DNA from: an uncultured cyanobacterium
Lineage (GTDB): Bacteria > Cyanobacteriota > Cyanobacteriia > PCC-9006 > JAAUQQ01
Assembly (NCBI GenBank): GCA_963718615.1
Contig: OY970368.1
Location: 4,702,524 to 4,766,523, forward strand
Direction: 5' to 3'
DNA length: 64,000 nucleotides
Every line of letters starts with the position of its first letter. Positions within the stretch are counted from its first letter, which is position 1. Below, piece after piece: positions 39,058 to 51,051 of the stretch. The notes beneath the pieces are model-generated. The model was not told the DNA's origin, made no database searches, and saw nothing but the letters and a program-made list of their open reading frames with translations. Both the position numbers and the translations under genes were made by a program.

Positions 39058-39120
39058 AGAGTCACGCACCAGAGTCACGCACCAGAGTCACGCACCAGAG
39101 TCACGCACCAGAGTCACGCA
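39058..39120. repeat. Tandem 13-mer repeat (agagtcacgcacc, about 4.8 copies)
   Basis: Perfect head-to-tail copies between the ABC-2 permease start and the surE stop. Confidence 0.85.
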
Positions 39121-39124
39121 AGGT

Positions 39125-39910
39125 TTACGGGTGAAACGCCGGAAGTTGGGCAAAGCTATCGTAGGCCGTCCAGTCGTAATGGAGGGGGGTGAGGGTGATG
39201 TAGTTCTCCCGAATCGCTTGGACATCCGGGGGCGCCAGATCCGGGCGGGGCGGGTTAAAGGCTTCTACGTCTTCTAGAACTTCGCCTGCCAGCCAAAAAT
39301 AGGTTTTGCCCCGAGGATCGACCCGGCGTTCAAAGACATCAATATAGCGGCGAATGCCCTGGCGGGTGAGCTTGACCCCGGCGATCGCCTCTTTCCCCAC
39401 CGCCGGAACATTGACATTCAGCAACACCCCTGGGGGCAACGGATTTTCCTTGAGCTGGTCCACCAGGGTGCAGGCAAAATCAGCGGCCACCTGAAACTGC
39501 TGGGATTTGTAGCTCGCCAAACTAAACGCCACACTGGGAACCCCTTCGATGTTGCCCTCCATGGCGGCGGATACCGTCCCAGAGTAAATGACATCGGTGC
39601 CCAGATTAGGACCATGGTTAATCCCAGACAGGACCAAATCCGGTTTGTCCTCCAGCATGGCTCCCAGGGCTAATTTGATACAGTCGGAGGGGGTGCCGGA
39701 ACAGGCCCAAGCTTCAATGCCTTCTGCAAAAATGGCACTGACTTGCTCGGCCCGGATGGGGTCATGGATAGTGAGGCCGTGGCCCGTGGCGGAGCGTTCG
39801 CGATCGGGACAGACCACTGTGACCTGGTGACCGGCAGCGGCTAGGGTATTGGCGAGGGTGCGGATGCCGAGGGCGAAGATGCCGTCGTCGTTGCTGATCA
39901 GGAGTCGCAT
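39125..39910 (-). CDS. surE: 5'/3'-nucleotidase SurE
   Basis: [47 protein letters not shown]..., typical SurE. Confidence 0.9.
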   Translation of the reverse strand: MRLLISNDDGIFALGIRTLANTLAAAGHQVTVVCPDRERSATGHGLTIHDPIRAEQVSAIFAEGIEAWACSGTPSDCIKLALGAMLEDKPDLVLSGINHGPNLGTDVIYSGTVSAAMEGNIEGVPSVAFSLASYKSQQFQVAADFACTLVDQLKENPLPPGVLLNVNVPAVGKEAIAGVKLTRQGIRRYIDVFERRVDPRGKTYFWLAGEVLEDVEAFNPPRPDLAPPDVQAIRENYITLTPLHYDWTAYDSFAQLPAFHP

Positions 39911-40056
39911 GGGGGAAGAGAGGGGTAGGAGGTGATGGGTTGGGGGGTGATGGGTGATGGGTGATGGGGTGGGGCGTTTGGATTTTAGCTTGCAGCTTTG
40001 GGGTTTGGGGGTGCTGCGATCGGGTTTGTTTGCCGTGTAGGATGGTTTTGGCTTAA

Positions 40057-41073
40057 GTGGACAAGATTATGACGACGATTTCGGTGAGTGATCTAGAGGC
40101 TCAGCTCGATACGCTTCAGTCTGAGGCCCAGGGGGCGATCGCCGCTGCGGAATCCCTGGAGGATCTAGAAAAGTTGCGGGTTCGGTTCCTGGGGAAGAAG
40201 GGAGAACTCTCGAAGGTGTTGGGGGGGATGGGGAAGCTGGATGCGGGCGATCGCCCTCGTATCGGTAGCCGCGCCAATGAGATTAAAACAGAACTGCAGG
40301 ACGGCCTAGACGGCAAACGCGAGGCGCTCCAAGGGGCACAGCTAGCGGCCCAACTCCAGGCAGAGGTGTTGGATGTGACGATGCCGGGGCAATATCAGCC
40401 CCAGGGACGGCGGCATCCCTTGAATAGCACCATCGATCGCATTCTCGATATCCTCGTGGGTCTGGGTTACACGGTGGCCTCGGGTCCGGAAATGGAGTCG
40501 GATTACTACAACTTCGAGGCGCTGAATACGCCCCAGGACCATCCGGCGCGGGATATGCAGGATACGTTTTACCTGCCCGATGGTAATCTGCTGCGGACCC
40601 ACACTTCGTCGGTGCAAATCCGCTATATGGAAAACCATGCGCCGCCCATTCGGGTCGTGGCTCCAGGACGGGTTTATCGCCGGGATACGGTGGATGCGAC
40701 CCACTCGGCGGTGTTTCACCAGATTGAGTTGCTGGCGGTGGACCGCAATTTGACGTTCGGCGATTTGAAAGGGACCGTCAAGACGTTTCTCCAGGAGATT
40801 TTTGGAGATTTGCCGATTCGGTTCCGAGCCAGCTATTTCCCGTTCACAGAGCCCTCGGCGGAGGTGGATGTGCAGTGGCAGGGCCAGTGGCTGGAGGTCA
40901 TGGGCTGCGGCATGGTGGACCCGAATGTGTTCAAATCCGTGGGCTACGACGGCGAAGAATACACAGGCTTTGCGGCGGGGATCGGGGTCGAGCGCTTCGC
41001 CATGGTCCTACACCAACTGGACGACATTCGGCGGCTCTATAGCAGTGACCTGCGCTTTCTCAAACAGTTCTAG
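40057..41073 (+). CDS. pheS: Phenylalanine--tRNA ligase alpha subunit
   Basis: Class II aaRS motifs ...[11 protein letters not shown]..., ...[10 protein letters not shown]... and ...FHQIE.... The 338-aa length fits PheS. Confidence 0.9.
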   Translation: MDKIMTTISVSDLEAQLDTLQSEAQGAIAAAESLEDLEKLRVRFLGKKGELSKVLGGMGKLDAGDRPRIGSRANEIKTELQDGLDGKREALQGAQLAAQLQAEVLDVTMPGQYQPQGRRHPLNSTIDRILDILVGLGYTVASGPEMESDYYNFEALNTPQDHPARDMQDTFYLPDGNLLRTHTSSVQIRYMENHAPPIRVVAPGRVYRRDTVDATHSAVFHQIELLAVDRNLTFGDLKGTVKTFLQEIFGDLPIRFRASYFPFTEPSAEVDVQWQGQWLEVMGCGMVDPNVFKSVGYDGEEYTGFAAGIGVERFAMVLHQLDDIRRLYSSDLRFLKQF

Positions 41074-43076
41074 GAATGGGAATGCAACAGAACTTGCCCC
41101 CCATTGGCCAAAAAGCCGGTAGTAGCTTCGGCAGACAGGGGCGGACAGAGATAATCCCCTTGGCCTTTGGTGCAGTTGAGCTCGCGCAAAATCGCGAGCT
41201 GCTTCGCCGTTTCAATCCCCTGGGCTACGCCCATCAGGCCAAGCCCCTGGCTCAAGGCTAAGAGGGAGGAGACGATCGCCCGGTCCTGTTGGCCGGAACG
41301 GCCCGACATTAGCAAACCTTGAATCAGCCGCCGATCGATCTTGAGCATCTGAACGGGCCACTGCTTAAGATGCTCAAGACTCATACTCCCGCGACCAAAA
41401 CGGTCTAAGACCAGCGGCGTCCCATGGCTGCGTAGGGCTTGCAACAGACTAATCATTTGTTGGGGATGCTTGCGCAGAGAGCTTTCGGTGACCTCTAGGG
41501 CCAACTGCTGGGGATGGATCTGGGCGATCGCCAGCGTCTGTTGAAACCGCTCCAAAAACCCTGAGGCTTGCACCTGACGCGGCGACAAATTCACCGCAAC
41601 CTGCTGAACGGAAAAACCCGCCCTTTGCCATTGCTGCAATTGATCACAGGCCGATTGCAAAATCCACTCCCCTAAACCCACGATCATCGTGGTCGACTCG
41701 GCAAAGGAGAGAAACTGCTCCGCTGTCAATAGGCCACGACTGGGATGCTGCCAGCGGAGCAGCGCTTCCAGGCTGCACAGTTGGCCGCTGAGTAAGTCCA
41801 CACAGGGCTGGTAATAGAGCTGAAACTCTTGCTCATCCAGCGCGCGTCGCAGTTCCTTTTCCCAGGTCAACCGCTCGGACATGAGGGAGTTCATCTCAGG
41901 CCGAAAAAACTGATAATGATTGCGACCCGATTCCTTCACCCGATAGAGCGCCGTATCCGCGTTGCGCAAGAGGGTTTGTAAATCGGTGCCGTCTTGGGGA
42001 TAAATGGCGATGCCAATACTGCCGGAGATTTCTAGGGTTTGATCGGCGATGGCAAAGGGCTGACGTAGCGCCGCTAACAGCCGCTGGCAAATTTGAATCA
42101 CATCTTGGCTGGATTGCAAGCTGGGTAGACAGAGCGTAAATTCGTCCCCACCCCACCGGGCCAAAATGTCCTCTTCCCGTAAACATTCCTGGAGACGCTT
42201 TGTGGCTTCGATCAAGAGCTGATCGCCCACATCATGGCCCAAGGAATCGTTGATCCCTTTGAAGCGATCGAGATCCAAAAACATCACCGCCAACTGCTCT
42301 CCCGCCCGTCGGGCATGGGCGATCGCCAAGGGCAACCGATGGTGAAACAGCATCCGATTGGGCAACCCCGTGAGCAAATCGTGAAAGGCTTGATGCTGAA
42401 TTTTTTGCTCCGTGCGCTGTCGATGAATGGCGCTTCCCAGATTTTGGGCCAACGAAGCCAGCACCGTCCGCTCTGTCATGGACCAAACTCGAGGCTGTTG
42501 GTAGTCTTCACAGCCGATGTATCCCCACAATTCCTGCTGGTCCACCCAGATGGGCAAGAGGAGGGTGGATTGCACCCCGGCTTTTTGCAGCAGCTTCTGT
42601 TCCTCGGGGGGAAATTCGGTGGAGAGTCCGGCGATCGCCTCCTGGGCCAGAAAGCTCTCGTACCAGCGGCTTAGACCCAATTGACCATAGGACTGGGGTT
42701 TCTCCAGGCCCACGGTGGGTGCAATGCGCAGCGCAGGACCAGCAGCGGCGGACAAGCCACTATCATCAATCTGCTCGCAGCGCAGACAAAAGCCCACCTC
42801 AGACTGACCGCCCTCGTCAGACCGGACCACCCACTGATGCTCACACAAATACAGCCGCTCCACCTCTAGGGCCTGCCGCAATGACTCCAGCGCGCGGGGA
42901 AATGCCGCTGCTAGATTGGGCTGCTGCAACAATACGCAGGTTGCGTCTGCAAGCCCCTGTAAATACCGCTCTCGCCGAAGCATCATCGCCATAGTATCTT
43001 GCTTCACCTCAGGATATCCGGGAGGGGATGACTCAGGATTGGGGGATTGGTGGGTATACAGGGAAAACAAAGGCAT
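41070..43076 (-). CDS. GAF-GGDEF-EAL signalling protein (c-di-GMP turnover)
   Basis: GGDEF: [15 protein letters not shown]: [11 protein letters not shown]...[29 protein letters not shown]. An N-terminal GAF-like region is present. The ORF converges on pheS with a 4-nt overlap. Confidence 0.85.
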   Translation of the reverse strand: MPLFSLYTHQSPNPESSPPGYPEVKQDTMAMMLRRERYLQGLADATCVLLQQPNLAAAFPRALESLRQALEVERLYLCEHQWVVRSDEGGQSEVGFCLRCEQIDDSGLSAAAGPALRIAPTVGLEKPQSYGQLGLSRWYESFLAQEAIAGLSTEFPPEEQKLLQKAGVQSTLLLPIWVDQQELWGYIGCEDYQQPRVWSMTERTVLASLAQNLGSAIHRQRTEQKIQHQAFHDLLTGLPNRMLFHHRLPLAIAHARRAGEQLAVMFLDLDRFKGINDSLGHDVGDQLLIEATKRLQECLREEDILARWGGDEFTLCLPSLQSSQDVIQICQRLLAALRQPFAIADQTLEISGSIGIAIYPQDGTDLQTLLRNADTALYRVKESGRNHYQFFRPEMNSLMSERLTWEKELRRALDEQEFQLYYQPCVDLLSGQLCSLEALLRWQHPSRGLLTAEQFLSFAESTTMIVGLGEWILQSACDQLQQWQRAGFSVQQVAVNLSPRQVQASGFLERFQQTLAIAQIHPQQLALEVTESSLRKHPQQMISLLQALRSHGTPLVLDRFGRGSMSLEHLKQWPVQMLKIDRRLIQGLLMSGRSGQQDRAIVSSLLALSQGLGLMGVAQGIETAKQLAILRELNCTKGQGDYLCPPLSAEATTGFLANGGQVLLHSHS

Positions 43077-43772
43077 AATCCCAAACGCTCAAAGGCGTTT
43101 CTAGGGGAGACGCGCGATTAAATCATGCAACCATGGACCGAGGTAATTATTTACCCGAGGGGGAATCAAACTTATAACCGTCAATAATGGCAGAGAAAGA
43201 CTTCTGTGATCCCTACCAGAGGGACACAGCAATTCACCAGTAATTTGACAATCGCAAGGTCTTCATCAGATCCATCAAAATTACGCTCCTACCCCTGACT
43301 CTCATTCATTAAATCATTTAGAGCCTAACTTCCAGCAAAACCTCCAGCCCTTTTTGCAATCCTCATCAATCCTGATTTCCGCTCAAGTCTGTGGTCCCGG
43401 ATCAAGATCGATACCAAGCCCCTAGAAAGCCCTTGCGGTTTCTACAAATTCCAAAGGTACTTGAAGCCCTGATTAATTGATGTTTTATGGTAATGAATCT
43501 TCCCACGACTATTTTTCGCTGCAAAGATTTTTATTACTTTAAGCGATCAATTTTACATAGACAAAGTTCCTGGCATAAGTCTTGAAATGCTTAACATTTC
43601 TACCGATCTTCCCCTCTTTTTAGAGTTTTTAAGCCTAAAGCTCCATGGGAAAGAGAAGGCTTTCTCCTAGATTCATGGAAAATGATCATGGGAAAAGAGC
43701 CCCCAATAGCCATAGCGATTAGAGACTCTTTTAGCCTTAAGATTTGTATCAGAAACAGAGTCTAAAAGCTGC

Positions 43773-45077
<1,305 letters not shown>

Positions 45078-45220
45078 TCATAGCCCCTTGGCTGCTGCGG
45101 TAGCGTACCTGGGGAACATCGCAATGGTTGTTTACGTTTTTTTAAGCAAATGATGCCTAATCTGGCGATCTTAAAATCAAGACATGGAAAATCAAGACAG
45201 GGCTCAATGAGGACGAAACT

Positions 45221-45616
45221 ATGCGAATGCTACACACGATGCTGCGAGTCGGGGATCTCGAGAAGTCCCTCCAGTTCTATTGCGAGGTCCTGGGGATGCA
45301 GAAGCTGCGCCAGAAGGACTATCCCGATGGGCGGTTTACGCTGGCGTTTGTGGGCTATGGGGAGGAAGCTAGCCATACGGTGATTGAGCTGACACACAAT
45401 TGGGATACGGATCACTACGACCTCGGCGATGGCTATGGTCACATTGCCTTGGGGGTTGAGGATATCTACGGGACCTGCGAGGCCATCAAGCAGCGTGGGG
45501 GCCAGGTGACGCGGGAGCCGGGGCCAATGAAACATGGCTCGACAGTAATTGCGTTTGTAGCGGATCCGGATGGCTACAAGATTGAGTTGATTCAGTTAGG
45601 GAGTCGGCAGGGGTAA
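45221..45616 (+). CDS. gloA: Lactoylglutathione lyase (glyoxalase I)
   Basis: [26 protein letters not shown]...[36 protein letters not shown]...GYKIELIQ. Confidence 0.85.
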   Translation: MRMLHTMLRVGDLEKSLQFYCEVLGMQKLRQKDYPDGRFTLAFVGYGEEASHTVIELTHNWDTDHYDLGDGYGHIALGVEDIYGTCEAIKQRGGQVTREPGPMKHGSTVIAFVADPDGYKIELIQLGSRQG

Positions 45617-46013
45617 GTTTTTAATCGAGGAGGGGGGCAGACACCGGGTGTTTTCTCTCGGCGAGACCGACTGGCTGGCCAGTGAGCAAAACACCCGATT
45701 TTTTTAAGTGCTAATCGTTATACTTATCAACTGGGCACTTCAATGGGACCACACAGAAATGGAGGGCTCACCAAATCGGGTATAACCAGCCTAAAACCCT
45801 GATTCTTTCGTTGATTTTTGGAATTTATGCAAAATTCTGATCACTCTCGTTATCGTAATAGCCAATTCAATCTTTTTTATATTTCTAGCTTTTCATAAAG
45901 GCATATACAACCTCACTCAAGCGTGAGCACCATTGAGTCACCACTAAGGGCGGAATGCTCCGCCAACAAGCTCTAGGCTACGTCTCCACAGAGCACTAAA
46001 GTTATATAACGCA

Positions 46014-46499
46014 TTAGGCTTTTCTTCCGGCTTCGGGCTCAGAAATATTTTCAATTTCGACAATATTCCATTTAAGCCCCTTATTTCTATAGATTCTTTT
46101 CCTTTGCAAGGGATAGTCACCCACGTCGTGGTCGAGACGCTGCCCAACGACGATGCATTTAAGAATGCGTTCACCGGTATTCTTCAATAGGTGTGCTTCG
46201 CCGCCAGCACGATAGCCAATGAAGTCACCGGCTTTTACTTGGTGTGTGGTTTCGCCAATAATTGCTTCTGCTTCGCCTTCTAAGATATATACACATTCGT
46301 CCTCGTGATAGTGCTTATGCAGCTCAGTTGATTCGTAGCCTGGCTCAATCTCTATGACGTGAAATCCAAATCCGTTCAGGCCAGTCATATCACCTAGGGA
46401 TTTGTTCACTCGTCTCGCATTGGGATTAAGGAAATGAGTCTTTCGCAGACCCTCATAAGCGTCGATTTCTTCCTTCGTGACGATGTACTTTTCCATCAC
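46014..46499 (-). CDS. Cupin-domain protein
   Basis: 161 aa with a cupin two-His motif region: ...HKHYHEDECVYILEGEAEAII...AGDFIGYRAGGEAHLLKNTG. Confidence 0.55.
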   Translation of the reverse strand: MMEKYIVTKEEIDAYEGLRKTHFLNPNARRVNKSLGDMTGLNGFGFHVIEIEPGYESTELHKHYHEDECVYILEGEAEAIIGETTHQVKAGDFIGYRAGGEAHLLKNTGERILKCIVVGQRLDHDVGDYPLQRKRIYRNKGLKWNIVEIENISEPEAGRKA

Positions 46500-47408
46500 A
46501 TTCCCTAAACAGTCTAACGAATGCAGACTAATGCAGAAAAACCAAAACCTTTAAAAGCAGAAACACCAAGCCAGGGTTGAAACTAACCATTTCCCATAAA
46601 TTTATCCAGTTAAAGTGGAGATTCAAATCAACGATTTCGGGTTAATACTGCGAAATCCTGATTAGTTTGCTCCCTCGGCACTATGGATGGGAAATCCGCC
46701 GTTTCGGGCTTGGTGCTACTGCGATCGAACGAGACAGAGTCAAAATCAACAGCGCGTTTACCTCTCTGAGTAGTAACTGTTTACGAGCTTGGCTGTTGGT
46801 ATCTGCCAGACGAGGTCTTTGCCTCATGTCATTACTATAGCGCGATCGCCCCCCTCCCCTTCCCTTCGACATGAAGCGTAAACTTCAATCCACTCCCTAC
46901 TCTCTGCAATATTTTCTTTCTTTAACTATCGAAACTTGTTGGTTTAGTCCCTCAGCCTTTTGGCGGAGCCCTTCCGTCTTTTCGCTGAGCTTAATTCGGC
47001 TAAGTCGTGCAAACTTAGTTGGAATTCAAACGATACTTCATCAAAAACCTATTTTGTCCATATAAATGTCTTTTTCTTGTAAAGCCTCTTGAGCCGAATT
47101 ACGGTTATGTTCTATGGTCATTTCAGTGACTTCACCGATCATTTGGGTTCATCCGCAGGAGACCCTAAGGGACGTTTTTCCCTTGGCTAAGTCGGTTTTT
47201 GCGATCGACAGCTCTATCCTTTCGGCTATGACAAGCTCCCGTTGTAGCCTGATTGATAGCGTCGGTGCGATCGCAGTTTGAGTTGGGGGTTTTGCATCTG
47301 CCGGATAACAGCTTCAAGCGAAGCATGAGTGATGTTCAGTGCTCCTCCGGTTATTTGCAAAAGCTATACATTGGGCCTTCTCCTGGGGGAGAGGGCTTTT
47401 TATTTGCT

Positions 47409-47456
47409 CCAGTCTGATGGTCCCAGTCTGATGGTCCCAGTCTGATGGCTCTAGTC
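47409..47456. repeat. Tandem 14-mer repeat (cagtctgatggtcc, 3 copies) just downstream of the permease stop
   Basis: ccagtctgatggtcccagtctgatggtcccagtctgatggctct. Confidence 0.7.
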
Positions 47457-48521
47457 TTAGCTCCAATAGAAATTGATCAACAGCGCCCCCAAAAATACGA
47501 GCTGACTAATCAGCACCACCATATAGAAAACAGGACGCGGCTTAAAGACCGATAGCAACAGTCCGACTGCTTTCAGGTCAATCATCGGCCCATAGATCAA
47601 AAAGGCCAGGAGGGAACCGCTGGTGAATGTCCCTGCAAAGGTCAGCACAAAAAAGGCATCTACCGTCGAACAAATCGAGACGATCGCCGCTAGCAGCATC
47701 ATCGCCACAATCGAGAGCACCGGACCTTGGCCCAGGCCCAAAATCAGTTCACGGGGGGCAAAAACTTGGATGGAGGCGGCGATCGCACTCCCCAAGACCA
47801 AAATAGACCCCAACTCCCGTAGCTCCTGGATCGTATTGTCCAGAAATAAACTTAGGCGATCGCCCCAGTTTTTAGGCAGGGTCATCTCGGCGGCAATGAC
47901 CGACTGATAGGCCAAGGCTTCAAACCGCTGAGCCGAGCTTGCATTGCCCTTGCCTCGACTACCCAGCATGAACGTTCCCGACTGGAGCAGTGTTGAACTG
48001 CCCCCTAAATTCAGGTCACTCGGGCCACCGGCCACAGCTAGGCGACGGCTCGGTTGGGGCTCCGGTAGGGCATTGGCCAGGGTGGGTTGCAGCAGGGGGC
48101 GGAGGTCACGCTGGACACTGAAAAGCCAGCCCAAGAGGGTGGCGATCACCAACGAGCCAAGCACCCGCAACACCACAATTTCTGGCTGATCGCGAAAGGC
48201 GGTCCAGGTGGCCCAAATCACAATAGGATTCACCGTCGGTGCGGCAAACAAAAAGCCGATCGCCACCGCTGGCGGGGCACCTTGGATCAGCAGCCGCCTA
48301 GCCACGGGGATATTGCCACATTCACAGGCGGGGAATAAAAAACCAACTAAACTTCCCGTTAAGGCTCCGAGCAAGGGATTTTTGGGGAACCAGCGCAGGA
48401 GCTTGTCCTCATCCACAAAAAACATTAGTGCACTGGAGAACAGCACACCAATGAGCAAAAACGGAAAGGCTTCCACCAGCAAGCTCATAAAGAGGGTGAA
48501 AGCACGGGTAAGTTGTGCCAT
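47457..48521 (-). CDS. Predicted permease (DUF318/COG0701-like)
   Basis: 354 aa polytopic membrane protein with an FPACECGNIPVARRL motif in a two-repeat architecture. Confidence 0.55.
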   Translation of the reverse strand: MAQLTRAFTLFMSLLVEAFPFLLIGVLFSSALMFFVDEDKLLRWFPKNPLLGALTGSLVGFLFPACECGNIPVARRLLIQGAPPAVAIGFLFAAPTVNPIVIWATWTAFRDQPEIVVLRVLGSLVIATLLGWLFSVQRDLRPLLQPTLANALPEPQPSRRLAVAGGPSDLNLGGSSTLLQSGTFMLGSRGKGNASSAQRFEALAYQSVIAAEMTLPKNWGDRLSLFLDNTIQELRELGSILVLGSAIAASIQVFAPRELILGLGQGPVLSIVAMMLLAAIVSICSTVDAFFVLTFAGTFTSGSLLAFLIYGPMIDLKAVGLLLSVFKPRPVFYMVVLISQLVFLGALLINFYWS

Positions 48522-48564
48522 AAAAACGAACTGTTAGAGCCGAGACGCGGGCCTCAAAGATAAC

Positions 48565-49668
48565 CTAGAAGCCCATGGCTTTGGCGACAGCCCCCAGGTC
48601 AGATTCGAGACCCGTATGGAAATTAGCCTGATTATAGTCAATGGCCGTGGTCGGATCCTTGAGACCATTGCCCGTGAGGACGCAGACGATGGTGGATTCG
48701 GTAGGAACGCGATCGCGCAGTTTCATCAATCCGGCCACGGAAGCGGCACTGGCAGGCTCACAGAACACCCCTTCTTTGCTAGCCAACCAGCGATAGGCCT
48801 CAATGATTTCGGCATCGGTAACCGCATTAAATTCCCCACTACTTGCCTTGCGGGCCGCGTGGGCCTGGTCCCAGCTTGCAGGATTACCAATGCGAATGGC
48901 CGTTGCCAGCGTATCCGGATTTTGGACCGGACCACCGTGGATAAATGGCGCGGCTCCAGCGGCCTGGAACCCCATCATCTGGGGCAATTTCTGGCTGCGG
49001 CCCTGCTGATGATATTCGCTGAACCCCATCCAGTAGGCAGTAATGTTACCTGCGTTGCCCACGGGAATACAGAGCCAGTCCGGGGCCTCGCCGAGGGTAT
49101 CCATAATTTCAAAGGCCCCGGTTTTTTGACCTTGAATCCGGAAGGGATTGACCGAATTGACCAGCGTCACAGGATATTGGTCCGCCACGGCGCGAACAAT
49201 GTTGAGGGCATCGTCAAAGTTCCCCTTAATCGCCAAAACCTCAGCCCCATACATCAACGCCTGGGCGAGCTTGCCCTGGGCCACATAGCCGTCGGGAATT
49301 ACCACGTAGGCTCGCATGCCCCCCCGGCAGGCATAGGCCGCAGCGGCGGCGGAGGTATTGCCCGTGCTAGCGCAGATGACGGCTGTTGCTCCGGCTTCCT
49401 TGGCCTTTGTCACCGCCATAGTCATGCCCCGATCCTTGAAGCTGCCGGTGGGGTTGAGACCGTCATACTTGACATAAACCTGAACCCCACGACCGATGTA
49501 GGCTGAAATCGTCGGCACCGGAATCAGCGGTGTGTTGCCTTCATGGAGCGTGACCACAGGCGTGGTGTCGGTCACAGGAAGATAGGAGCGATAGGCTTCG
49601 ATCAGACCAGGCCAGCCCTGATAGGTTGACTGAGCTTGGGTGCCGGGGGTGGGGAGCGTTGCAGTCAC
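48565..49668 (-). CDS. thrC: Threonine synthase
   Basis: PLP-lysine motif ...[12 protein letters not shown]... in a 367-aa ThrC family protein. Confidence 0.9.
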   Translation of the reverse strand: MTATLPTPGTQAQSTYQGWPGLIEAYRSYLPVTDTTPVVTLHEGNTPLIPVPTISAYIGRGVQVYVKYDGLNPTGSFKDRGMTMAVTKAKEAGATAVICASTGNTSAAAAAYACRGGMRAYVVIPDGYVAQGKLAQALMYGAEVLAIKGNFDDALNIVRAVADQYPVTLVNSVNPFRIQGQKTGAFEIMDTLGEAPDWLCIPVGNAGNITAYWMGFSEYHQQGRSQKLPQMMGFQAAGAAPFIHGGPVQNPDTLATAIRIGNPASWDQAHAARKASSGEFNAVTDAEIIEAYRWLASKEGVFCEPASAASVAGLMKLRDRVPTESTIVCVLTGNGLKDPTTAIDYNQANFHTGLESDLGAVAKAMGF

Positions 49669-49781
49669 GGGATAGGGATAGAAGATACAGGGTTAATGCA
49701 TCTTTCAGTTTAACCTGGCGGGTGTGAGGACAAGCGCAGTCCATGCGAGGAATCCAACGAGGCAAAACGAGGCAAACAGAT

Positions 49782-50657
49782 ATGAATTCTGGGGCGATCG
49801 CCTACTTACTCATCACCCACGGCAGCCGCGATCCGCGCCCTCAGCAAGCGGTTCAGGCCCTAGCGCAAGCCTTGGCCCCCCTGCCCGTTGGGACTGCTGT
49901 CCTAGAACTGGGCGAGGCTCCGCTGCATCAGCAAATTCTGGCGTTTGTTGCCCAGGCTCAGCTTGGCTCGGGAGATACCTTGAAACTGCTGCCGCTGTTT
50001 TTGTTACCGGGGGTGCATGTCATGGAGGACATCCCTGCCGAAGTGGCGATGGCGCGGCAAAGGATAGCGGGTTTGTTACCCCAGGAACTCAAGTTGGCAT
50101 GCCCGCTGGAACTCAAGTTGGAGATTTTGCCCTTTTTGGGGGAGAACCTGGAGGCCATGGCCCAGCTACTCCGGCAAAGTCAGCGTCGTCTGGCCAGACA
50201 AGCGAGTCACAAACAGCGTCCACCCGAGCCGCTGAGCGGCCCTTGGCAATGGCTCTTGGTGGCCCACGGTAGTCGCCGACCGGGAAGCCATCACCCTCTG
50301 GCAACCCTGGCGCGATCGCTCCCAGCCCCCGTAGCCTATTGGGCACAATCTCCTAATCTGGCGGAGCAGATGGATGGGCTGTGGCGATCGCGCCCAAACA
50401 AATCCTCCTCGCTTCCCAGGCCAATTCCCGTGGGCATTTTGCCCTACTTTTTATTTCCTGGGGGCATTACCGATGCCCTCGCTGACCAAATCCTGGCCCT
50501 GGCCCCCCAATATCCCCAATTCTCCTTGGTCCTCGGAGACCCCCTCGGCACTCAACCGGGGTTTGTCGACCTCGTGGCCCAGCGCCTTAGACCCGCTCCC
50601 CCGAGGATTGCGATCGCTGAGTCAGCAAATCAATCGTGTCCCCCAGGGCAATGCTGA
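49782..50657 (+). CDS. CbiX-like (two-domain) sirohydrochlorin chelatase
   Basis: Two repeats of the CbiX pattern: LLITHGSRDPRPQQAVQALAQAL and LLVAHGSRRPGSHHPLATLARSL. The start is taken at the second Met (MNSGAIAYLL...). Confidence 0.55.
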   Translation: MNSGAIAYLLITHGSRDPRPQQAVQALAQALAPLPVGTAVLELGEAPLHQQILAFVAQAQLGSGDTLKLLPLFLLPGVHVMEDIPAEVAMARQRIAGLLPQELKLACPLELKLEILPFLGENLEAMAQLLRQSQRRLARQASHKQRPPEPLSGPWQWLLVAHGSRRPGSHHPLATLARSLPAPVAYWAQSPNLAEQMDGLWRSRPNKSSSLPRPIPVGILPYFLFPGGITDALADQILALAPQYPQFSLVLGDPLGTQPGFVDLVAQRLRPAPPRIAIAESANQSCPPGQC

Positions 50658-51051
50658 GGTTTTCGCGGGTATCTTGATGGGCCTGGCGTTCTTCCTGGAG
50701 GGCTTGGCGCAGGCGATCGCGCTCCTGGAGCAGATTTCCCAGAAACTGTTTGAGCGCCTCAGGGGTAGTCAAGGGACTGAGCATGTCAAGCAATTCCGCC
50801 TCTGTCTGTTCCTGTGTGGGCGTTGCGAGGCCCTGGGTCCCATAGGCTGCGTGGGCTTGGGCATCTTCGAGGGTTTCGATTTGCTGTTTGAGGAGCAGGC
50901 TTTCTCGCACCCGTAGCTGTCGCTCCGCTTCGTAGCGATCGCGCCAACTGGCGGACTCCCCGTAGGCATCATCGCGCTCCCGTTGCAGTTCGGCCATCTG
51001 GGCGCGAAGGGTTTTAATTTCGTCTAACCACTGGGTAATGTCTGAGCTCAT
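50587..51051 (-). CDS. Hypothetical coiled-coil protein
   Basis: 154 aa, Glu/Gln/Arg/Leu-rich helical. The ORF converges on the preceding gene with a 71-nt overlap and is a weak call. Confidence 0.35.
   Translation of the reverse strand: MSSDITQWLDEIKTLRAQMAELQRERDDAYGESASWRDRYEAERQLRVRESLLLKQQIETLEDAQAHAAYGTQGLATPTQEQTEAELLDMLSPLTTPEALKQFLGNLLQERDRLRQALQEERQAHQDTRENLSIALGDTIDLLTQRSQSSGERV

Noticed and set aside
39058-39120. Possible CRISPR array
   Set aside because: The repeats are contiguous 13-mers with no spacers. The window has no cas genes and no repeat-spacer periodicity.
48616-49506. 296-aa plus-strand ORF overlapping thrC
   Set aside because: It is antisense to threonine synthase, which has clear PLP-enzyme motifs. 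It has no family resemblance.
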